From Desulfomonilia bacterium (lineage in GTDB: Bacteria; Desulfobacterota; Desulfomonilia; UBA1062), in assembly GCA_050014195.1 (NCBI GenBank), contig JBEKDT010000010.1:96001-160000 (forward strand): a DNA stretch of 64,000 nt, given 5' to 3'. A program made the translations under genes and the position numbers. Below, one piece after another: positions 9,607 through 16,950 of the stretch (its first letter is position 1; the number at the start of each line of letters is the position of its first letter). The notes under the pieces were generated by a model, which saw nothing but the letters and a program-made list of their open reading frames with translations, was not told where the DNA came from and did not search any database.

Positions 9607-11058
9607 CTACGTTTTGGATATCTTCTCCGCACCATAAAAATAACTATATCCTGACTTTATAGAAGCCAATGTTGGCCTCACTATTCTATATTCTAATAAC
9701 TCTTCTTTATTTTCAACTGTAGCCATTATACTAATAGTTTCATTAAGAGCTAATAGATCATCACTAAGAAATCCAATATCATTTTTTCCCTGATCAACTA
9801 TAAATATTCCATGATCTCCAATATTCAATCGTTTATTTACCTTTTCTCTTTTACTTCTTCTCTTATCAGACATAATATAAGAGAATTCTCTTTGATCTTC
9901 TACTCCAACAATATTAGTCAAATAAATATAGTTCTTAAGATTCTCTGGAGAGATTATATGATTATTTTCTAGTGATGAAATAACTTGATTTAATCTATCA
10001 CCTTCTTCGGTTAGAAATTGATCACGTATTGATTTTACTTGAGGGTTCTCAATATTGTTATGTATCAAGTCTATTAGCAAATTTGGCTGCATTTCAATTC
10101 TGCGGTAAAGTATACTGTTTAAATATTGTATCAATAACAATGCAGTAAGTATTTTTGCATCAAAATAGGGGATAGATATAGTTGATGCTAATTCATTGTT
10201 AAAAGTAAGAATATTAATAAATCTCTTAATGTCCCTAGGGTTATCTCCAAGTCCTTTTACTAATAAATCTCTGCAGTGTTTTAATTCTTCAGAAAGCATA
10301 GGATCTATGAAGATTTCCATAGATTGAGGTGCTATAGGTGGTATATTAAAAGGAAGTTGAACAATTTTATCAAGATATTGAGATTCACTTAGATCAATAT
10401 CTTTGTAATGATATTTGATGCTTTTTTCAAGTTCTGGGCGATCAACACCCAAAAAATATACACAGTTAGGTAAATTTAAATATAATTTCAACGATTCTAA
10501 TAGACTTAATATTTGTGGAGGCAAACAACGATCTAAGTCGTCAATAAAAAAAACTAACCTCTTTTTTGGTTCACCCTGAGCTTTATTTATGAGTTTTTCG
10601 AAATGTTTCCTCAACCGAACACGTGCTTCACGTACTTGGAAGCGTTCTTCTTCAAAACGTTTACCTAGATCATCTATATCTTGTGCACTCATAAGGGTGG
10701 TTGCCTTTAATAGAATAGAACTGAAAGCACTAGCAATTACTATAAGTAACTTTTTTTCCTCTTCATCCATGTTAAAAGTGTCAACTACAGTATGGAGTAA
10801 AGCAAGAACAGGATTTTCATCAAATTGATGTTGCCATGGATCAAACCAAACAGACTTAGTACTAGGTGAATTTAATTGCTGTTCGATGAGTTTCATAAGT
10901 GAAGTTTTACCAATTCCCCAACTCCCGTAAAGACCTATTACTATTGGAGTTTCACATTTTTCAGCCATACGTGCAAACGCCTTAGCATACTGGTTTCTAT
11001 TTAGATTATCAGTATTTGTTGCCTCATCATTTCGAATTATTGCTTCAAAAGATTTCAT
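9607..11058 (-). CDS. KAP-family P-loop NTPase with PilZ-like C-terminal domain
   Basis: 'DNLNRNQYA', Walker A 'GSWGIGKTS', 'WFDPWQH', Walker B 'LVFFIDDLDRC', 'YLDKIVQLPF', 'NPRDIKRFIN'. C-terminus 'DKRRSKR...VDQGKNDIGF...YGAE'. Confidence 0.88.
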   Translation of the reverse strand: MKSFEAIIRNDEATNTDNLNRNQYAKAFARMAEKCETPIVIGLYGSWGIGKTSLMKLIEQQLNSPSTKSVWFDPWQHQFDENPVLALLHTVVDTFNMDEEEKKLLIVIASAFSSILLKATTLMSAQDIDDLGKRFEEERFQVREARVRLRKHFEKLINKAQGEPKKRLVFFIDDLDRCLPPQILSLLESLKLYLNLPNCVYFLGVDRPELEKSIKYHYKDIDLSESQYLDKIVQLPFNIPPIAPQSMEIFIDPMLSEELKHCRDLLVKGLGDNPRDIKRFINILTFNNELASTISIPYFDAKILTALLLIQYLNSILYRRIEMQPNLLIDLIHNNIENPQVKSIRDQFLTEEGDRLNQVISSLENNHIISPENLKNYIYLTNIVGVEDQREFSYIMSDKRRSKREKVNKRLNIGDHGIFIVDQGKNDIGFLSDDLLALNETISIMATVENKEELLEYRIVRPTLASIKSGYSYFYGAEKISKT

Positions 11059-11323
11059 TTATTGAATCCCCTTTTCTCATTACATGGTAATTTATCAATT
11101 ATAACTAACCATTTATAATTCTCCTCGTAACATAAGAACCATCTCGATTTAATGTTTTCTCAGTCATCTTGATTGCATAGATTCAACAGTGGATCACCCG
11201 TCAGTTAGACCATCTTTTACGATCTTCTATCCTACACTATTTACAGAAGAACAATTGCATTATATCTAGATATCAGGTGCAAGGCAATATGCTATTATAA
11301 AACTTAGACAATAACTTTTGTGC

Positions 11324-11431
11324 GAGACTGTTGAAAAACCTCAAAAATCGGTTTTTATATTTTTTAACTGATTGATTTTTCATCACATAAAAATGTCGAA
11401 AACTTATGGTGGGGGCTTTTTCAACAGACTC
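11324..11431. mobile_element. MITE-like element with 15-bp terminal inverted repeats
   Basis: GAGACTGTTGAAAAA ... TTTTTCAACAGACTC (14/15 match), 108 bp, no transposase. Confidence 0.6.
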
Positions 11432-11598
11432 TGCCATTAGATACGTTTGGGATAAAAGTCGACTCATACAGAGGTTTATACCTAAGATCTCTAGTTAATT
11501 AAAAAAATATAGACGGAGGAATCGAACTCCCGTACTACATGACCTAGCCTAGTTTTACAGGCGCATTACACATCTTTTACACAATTAATTTAATATCA

Positions 11599-12909
11599 TT
11601 AATCTTTTATAATCTTATTTATAATAGGTTTTAATTTAATATCAGATAAAAGATGAACCCCTAATAGTCTTCTCTTGTTTACATTGTCAGTTGAATATTT
11701 ACTGTTTATAAGTTTGTTATAATCTATAATATATTCTCTTAAGAGCTTATCAATTTTATTATCAATATGTTCCAGTAATTGAGTATCATTACAAAAATAA
11801 TATTGGTTACCCCATCCGAATACAATATTATCTACCATACTTAGTGTCTCTGCGAATGACCTTTTATCCTTTAATTTACATTTTATGGGAGTTTTCATGG
11901 ATTCTAAGCTATTATTAAAATTATTTTTAACTTTCTCTATAAGTCTAAAGCATGACTTTCTATCAGGCCTAATTAATCCTTTTAAAACTTCACAGCCAAG
12001 AAATTTTAGACCATTAGCAGTATAACCAAAATCTGATTTAGCTTTATCACTTAAAGGATCATATGCTCTTAAATTTAGTTGTTTTAAAATCTCTTGTGCA
12101 CTCTTAAAAGCGGTAAATACCTTACTTCTTGATTTACCTAAAATTAAAAAATCATCTATGTACCTTAAACATCTTATTCCACGATCATTCATTCTTATGT
12201 CGAACTCGTTAAGAAGAATATTCCCTAAGAGGGGAGATAAACAACAACCTTGGGCTACTCCTATATCAAATATTGGGAATAGGTGCTTATATTTTCCAAG
12301 TATATTTAAATTTGACAATTCCACATCGGTAGCTTTTATAAGTAAGTCATTGAATATTGGATCATCAATTTCATCCTTAATTTTTGATAAAACTATTTCT
12401 CTTGGAATATTTCTGAAAAATTCTTGTATGTCAGAACGGATATAATATTGTGCTCCATTAAGAATTGTTTCATATGTGACTCTTATTGCTTCAGGAACTC
12501 CTTGATCTTCTATACCTCCGAAACTTGAATCATTAATAAAATATTTTTGTATGTTAGAGTCTTCTTGGAGGACATCTAGAATACTTCTTTGTACAATCCT
12601 ATTTTTTACTGAAGCCTTGACTATTGGTCTAAAATTTTGATTTGGTTTTGGTAATAATATTCCATCTGATTTATCGAACTTAAATATCTGATCACGGAGT
12701 TGGCGGGATATCCTAGAAATATGCCGTTCGGAATCATTACTGAAATTTTTTATAATATTTCTGGTTTTTTCTGATTTTGATTTTAAACCGCTCTCCAATA
12801 CTATCTTCCAGGCCTGTCGCAATCTAAGAATACTTCTAACTTTCTTGTTTGAGTTATTAATAATATCTCCTCTTTGCTGAGCCACGTTGGCAAACCCAAT
12901 CTCAGCCAT
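11599..12909 (-). CDS. Group II intron-like reverse transcriptase, G2L4-like (YIDD); real start possibly ATT at 12861
   Basis: RT motifs 'RPIV..SVKNRIVQRSILDVLQ', 'SSFGG', 'YIRSDIQEFF', 'GVAQGCCLSPLLGNI', 'LRYIDDFLILG', 'AYDP', 'FLGC'. Thumb 'FGWGNQYYFCN' and C-terminal 'RRLLGVHLL'. No endonuclease domain and no intron boundaries seen. Confidence 0.9.
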   Translation of the reverse strand: MAEIGFANVAQQRGDIINNSNKKVRSILRLRQAWKIVLESGLKSKSEKTRNIIKNFSNDSERHISRISRQLRDQIFKFDKSDGILLPKPNQNFRPIVKASVKNRIVQRSILDVLQEDSNIQKYFINDSSFGGIEDQGVPEAIRVTYETILNGAQYYIRSDIQEFFRNIPREIVLSKIKDEIDDPIFNDLLIKATDVELSNLNILGKYKHLFPIFDIGVAQGCCLSPLLGNILLNEFDIRMNDRGIRCLRYIDDFLILGKSRSKVFTAFKSAQEILKQLNLRAYDPLSDKAKSDFGYTANGLKFLGCEVLKGLIRPDRKSCFRLIEKVKNNFNNSLESMKTPIKCKLKDKRSFAETLSMVDNIVFGWGNQYYFCNDTQLLEHIDNKIDKLLREYIIDYNKLINSKYSTDNVNKRRLLGVHLLSDIKLKPIINKIIKD

Positions 12910-13040
12910 TTGAAGAGCATGTCATTCTGTGGGGGTTTCAGTGTCTGACCCGACCCAGCCGACAGTATTGTTGTCGGTGCATCTTTGAGCTTGAGCAGCG
13001 CCATAGGATGGCCCATTCAGTAAAGATGCCAGAATGAACG
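12876..13040 (-). ncRNA. Structured RT-associated leader RNA (multibranch core plus 3' hairpin)
   Basis: GC-richer than the flanks. Stems 13030-37/12922-29 (8 bp), 13022-29/12979-86 (8 bp), 13000-12 hairpin, 12959-77 hairpin, 12930-57 hairpin, and 12876-81/12901-06. Confidence 0.7.
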
Positions 13041-13042
13041 AT

Positions 13043-13096
13043 GGTACACATATAGTGCCCATAAGAACACTATATACTACATATAGTAAAAATCAA
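13043..13096 (-). promoter_or_regulatory. Sigma70-like promoter with tandem NrdR-like boxes
   Basis: Minus strand TTGATT-N16-TATAGT. Boxes ttACTATATGTAGTat (13074-13089) and gcACTATATGTgtacc (13043-13058) are 31 bp apart. Confidence 0.6.
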
Positions 13097-13223
13097 GTTA
13101 AATTATATCGAATAAATTTCATATAATAGAAGCCTAATTTAAATATGGGAAAAATAGACTAAGATTTCAGTGGAATATTAAAATACTAGCGAAGACAGGC
13201 AGGCACCGAAGTCAGAGTCAAGG

Positions 13224-13342
13224 CGGTCACTGGTAGGTTCCCTGGATCTCGATCAGGGCTAAGGCTTTCAGTCCCGGAACGGAGTTTCACGTAGTGCAGG
13301 GCCGAAGCCTCCCTAAGCGAGATAGCGGGGCCAGTGACAGCA
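13224..13342. other. Unassigned GC-rich structured element (multi-hairpin junction)
   Basis: GTCACTGG(13226-33)/CCAGTGAC(13331-38) encloses CCCTG/CAGGG and AGGCTT/AAGCCT hairpins. Confidence 0.45.
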
Positions 13343-13345
13343 TAG

Positions 13346-13628
13346 AAATCGGGGGACACCATACTAGTTTTGTTGTTTCCTGGGTCTGCCGCCCTTGAGA
13401 GAAGCCAACCTTTCAATTACTTATCTTCCAATAAAAACTAGTAATGAACCTGGGATTCAAACCAAATCTGGGGACACCATACTAGTTTTGTTATTTTCTA
13501 GGTCTACAGCACTTGAGGAGGGCTAACCTTTTCAATAACTTATTTCCCAATCTGACAATAATGCATCATTTTCCTATGGTCGTCCAGTAGGTTCATATCT
13601 AAAATAATAGTTTGGTATCTCCGGATTT
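13346..13628. repeat. Two ~87-bp direct repeats plus one short inverted partial copy (GGGGACACCATACTA core, REP/REPIN-like)
   Basis: 13346-13432 and 13464-13551 align throughout. 13601-13628 is a reverse-complement partial copy. Confidence 0.75.
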
Positions 13629-13777
13629 CCACGATCATTATTTTCTCCTGTTAACTGTAGAGTGGGACGAGAGCAACGAAATCCACCAAGGCATTATAAT
13701 ACATAGGGAAAAAATGAAGGCAGATCTCATCAAATGAAATGACAATGTGTGTAGAGTTCTTTGAAATCAGCAGAGTT

Positions 13778-14089
13778 CTAAATAACCTTCTTGTTGCGAC
13801 TCCCATCACGTTTACGGAAATGATGTTCCGCCCTGTCCAAGGGCGTCCAGATCAGTCACCTGGTATGGATTTGGTTCTCTTTTGAACGGAACAGGTTAGG
13901 AATCGCAGTGAGTTCGCATCCTGGATTTCCCATGAGTCCTCCGATGAGAAACGAAGCACCCAAAATTGCCAGAGCCCCCGTGCCTATAACTGTAAGGGTG
14001 TCCACACCGACAGCCCAGATCAGCACAAAGGTCCCAACCCCAAAAAGCACGCGTGATACTCGTCCGAACAACAACGGTTCAAGCTTCAT
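13778..14089 (-). CDS. Small membrane protein, candidate selenoprotein (UGA readthrough at 13856-13858)
   Basis: ...GNPGCELTAIPNL...HTR-UGA-LIWTPLDRAEHHFRK...VI*. Hairpin CGCCCT-TGGAC-AGGGCG starts 10 nt after the UGA. GGAG SD upstream. Confidence 0.65.
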
Positions 14090-14322
14090 CCTGTTCTCCT
14101 ACCCTTATATAAATGACCAGACTGTGACTTGTCCACCTAATGTGTCTAAAAACTTCATGAACCCGGGATTCATGTCATGAGGATAAGAAATATCAACACT
14201 GCCGCTACAAAGATAACAACCGGACTAAATATCTTTATCAGTATCCTGAGATCATCCATTTACAAAAGCCCCGCCCTTTCAGTTGTTCCGCTGGAGGTAT
14301 CCTGACAGATCCTTTTTTTATC

Positions 14323-15546
14323 TCATGCCTGCTGAAGATGCACAGGGACTTTGATATCATGGAGCAACAGCGCCAGGATGAAGGCGACCCCAAAGAGTAT
14401 GGTAATCGCGGTCATGTTGAAGAGGAACACGATGGGCAGACCGCTTATCTGGCCGCTCAGCATCAAAATCCCGTTTGAGGTAGCCTCCGGTACCGGATGG
14501 GTCTTTTCCACCGCATAGGTCAGCCCGACCGGCATGGCCGAGATGAGGAAGAAACCGAAGACAAAACCGCACAGGCCTAAAAGAACAATCGAGGAGAGAT
14601 ACTGCAGGAAAAGGGAAAGCGGCACCGCCATACCGGCCGCCATGATCAGGAAGATCCTCCTTTTGTGGTACTTGTCGGACAGTGCAGACAGGATTACCGC
14701 CCCGCACATGCCCCCGATCACGATCAGCCCGCCGACTATGCCCGGGGCGAGGGCCGAGTCGATGTCAAGCGGCCGGTTTTTGAATATGTAATCGATCTTG
14801 GTCAGGATGGCATTAAACGCGCCTACGCCAATGAAAAAGAGTCCCAAGAGGAAGAGAAAGTCGCGGTTTCTGAAAAGCGCTTTCAATCCGATGGTCATGG
14901 TGACCTTTTTCTCGGCTGCGATTGCGTTGGGCGGCAGCTTTGGTTTGTCCTTCACCAATACGAGATACAGGATCATGCCGATCAGGGCGGGGATGCCGTA
15001 CAGATACAGGACGGCATCGATCCCCTGCCTGATCGCGCCGATATTCCGGTAATGCGCGAGGATAAAATCGGTGGCGAACATGACGATCGTGAAGCCGATG
15101 AACAGGGACATGGTCAACAATCCCGATGCCAGGGCCTCTTCATTTTCCGGGAACCAGTTCGATGCCAGTTTGGTAAAGGCATTGAGCACGAACGGTTGAG
15201 CGATGGCACATCCGATCATGCAGGCGAGGAGCCAGCCGTAACTTGGTGCGAAGATACGGAGAAAGCCGCACAGGCCCACCAGGACAACGCCGATCCCTGC
15301 CCCCTTCTTCAGCCCGATGTTGTCGATGCACCAGGCGGCGGGGAGGCAGAAGGGGATCCAAGCGAGCATGGCCAGTATGGCAAGCAAATCAATGGCGTCG
15401 ATATTTCCGTGGGTATAGACGGCAGCAGCATCCCTGGCAATAGGAGCGAAGGTCATCCACATGATCTGGGACATGGCTATGTTCAGCATGAAAACTCCCA
15501 ATACGACCCAGCGGTAAGGGGATACGGATGAATGGATATTTTGCAT
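14323..15546 (-). CDS. MFS transporter
   Basis: Many TM segments, 'YRWVVLG', 'LASNWFPENE', 'LSDKYHKRR'. Confidence 0.9.
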   Translation of the reverse strand: MQNIHSSVSPYRWVVLGVFMLNIAMSQIMWMTFAPIARDAAAVYTHGNIDAIDLLAILAMLAWIPFCLPAAWCIDNIGLKKGAGIGVVLVGLCGFLRIFAPSYGWLLACMIGCAIAQPFVLNAFTKLASNWFPENEEALASGLLTMSLFIGFTIVMFATDFILAHYRNIGAIRQGIDAVLYLYGIPALIGMILYLVLVKDKPKLPPNAIAAEKKVTMTIGLKALFRNRDFLFLLGLFFIGVGAFNAILTKIDYIFKNRPLDIDSALAPGIVGGLIVIGGMCGAVILSALSDKYHKRRIFLIMAAGMAVPLSLFLQYLSSIVLLGLCGFVFGFFLISAMPVGLTYAVEKTHPVPEATSNGILMLSGQISGLPIVFLFNMTAITILFGVAFILALLLHDIKVPVHLQQA

Positions 15547-15659
15547 AAAACCTCCTCTTGAAAATAACGGGCGTAAAGCTGCTCCGAATAAGGACGACAG
15601 ATGCTGAGGTCAAAAGCTGCACCAGTGCAAGTAAAACCGAGGCGGCAATAATCAGGCCT

Positions 15660-16070
15660 TTACGCCACGGGTTTTAAGCCTATCAGCACGGCAATAGCAA
15701 CGCCAAAGCCGACACACCAGATGTTGATAAAAGCATTTAATACCAGGTCAAGCTTGGAGGTCATATATATGCCGTTTTGAATATTGAAGCTGAAGTCCAA
15801 CAACCCCAAGAATACCAGTGCGCCGGCCGCTACCAGCGACAGCCTGCTGCCCAATGGATTATGTAACAGAAGCAGTATGCCGGCTATTAGCAGTAGTATG
15901 GCCAGCAATCCATCCGGCAGCGGGAAGGAGTGCTCATAGGCATAATAGCATTGCGGAGGATTTTCCGGCGCAAGGCCTATGGTAAAAAAGCCTATCCAGA
16001 ACAGTATGATCCCGATGCCTGTCAGCAGCTCAAGTACGGCAATTGTTTTCAGTCCTTCTATTTCAATCAT
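15660..16070 (-). CDS. Hypothetical four-TM membrane protein
   Basis: Hydrophobic ORF with 'YEHSFPLPDG', GAGG SD, co-oriented within the cluster. Confidence 0.7.
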   Translation of the reverse strand: MIEIEGLKTIAVLELLTGIGIILFWIGFFTIGLAPENPPQCYYAYEHSFPLPDGLLAILLLIAGILLLLHNPLGSRLSLVAAGALVFLGLLDFSFNIQNGIYMTSKLDLVLNAFINIWCVGFGVAIAVLIGLKPVA

Positions 16071-16121
16071 TTCAGCACCTCTTCAGCATGATTGTTTTGT
16101 TTAAAAAGTCATACATCGCCC

Positions 16122-16937
16122 CTACCTTTTCTGCGTTTTATTTATGGACGAGTCCATGACCATATCAATTATAAAAGGCATATGCCTCTTCAAGAAATAG
16201 GTGAGCTTACCGTCAAATCCCGGAATTATCATGAAGGTTTTTTTCCTGATGCCGTCAATAAGCTCTTTTGCAACCGCATCGCTGCTCATGACCTTGGCGC
16301 TTGCAGAGATGGCCTTGGTTTCTGCAGGCTTTGTGAGGTTTTCAGTGGCAAAGCCCGGTGTATCGGTATCGGGCGGGCAAAGCACCTGAACGAAGATGTT
16401 GTATTTTTTCAGCTCGCTCTTGAGGCTTTCCGAAAATCCCACGATGGCGAATTTCGAAGCCGCATAATCGCAGTAACCGAAAACACCCAGAAAGCCCACC
16501 ATAGAAGAAACATTGACGATCACGCCGCCTTTAACCTTCATGTGCGGTACAAGAACCGAACAGGTATTCCATATGCCGTAGAGGTTTGTCTTCATGGTGT
16601 CATCGAACTGCTGGTAGGTGATATCCATAAAATATCGCGGATAGGCCCTGCCCGCACAGTTAATCAACACATCAGGTACCCCGAATTCGGCCAGTGCCGA
16701 TGAAAGCACGGTTTCGACGCTGTCCCTTTTAGAGACATCCATGGATCTGCCGGCAAACTTCTGTTCCGCGTTTGCGCCGCAGGACTGTATTTGCTTTAAG
16801 GCTTCATCCAGAACCTGCTGCCGCCTGCTGAAGATAATTACACCGGCTCCCCTGGTCGCCATTAATTTCGCGGTCGCCAAGCCGATACCGGATGAACCAC
16901 CGGTTATGTAAACTAATTTGTCCTTGAAATCTTTCAT
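16122..16937 (-). CDS. SDR oxidoreductase, 3-dehydrosphinganine reductase (KDSR)-like
   Basis: 'ITGGSSGIG', 'YAASKFA', and the KDSR-type 'PPDTDTPGFATENLTKP'. Confidence 0.8.
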   Translation of the reverse strand: MKDFKDKLVYITGGSSGIGLATAKLMATRGAGVIIFSRRQQVLDEALKQIQSCGANAEQKFAGRSMDVSKRDSVETVLSSALAEFGVPDVLINCAGRAYPRYFMDITYQQFDDTMKTNLYGIWNTCSVLVPHMKVKGGVIVNVSSMVGFLGVFGYCDYAASKFAIVGFSESLKSELKKYNIFVQVLCPPDTDTPGFATENLTKPAETKAISASAKVMSSDAVAKELIDGIRKKTFMIIPGFDGKLTYFLKRHMPFIIDMVMDSSINKTQKR

Positions 16938-16950
16938 TTCCTTCTCCCCC

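Noticed and set aside
11599-12909. RT as a retron, DRT2, DGR or mobile group II intron
   Set aside because: No retron VTG/NAxxH signature. The active site is YIDD, not the YCDD recalled for DRT2. No TR/VR repeat pair or avd gene. No GUGCG 5' end or domain V/VI seen after the ORF.
12801-13016. 71-aa ORF overlapping the RT leader
   Set aside because: No SD or recognisable motif. It overlaps the structured RNA and the RT start out of frame.
13074-13089. LexA (SOS) box upstream of the RT
   Set aside because: Lacks the CTGT-N8-ACAG ends. It fits the NrdR-type palindrome seen at nrdD much better.
13346-13551. Possible CRISPR array
   Set aside because: Only two long (~87 bp) diverged units, no repeat-spacer periodicity, and no cas genes.
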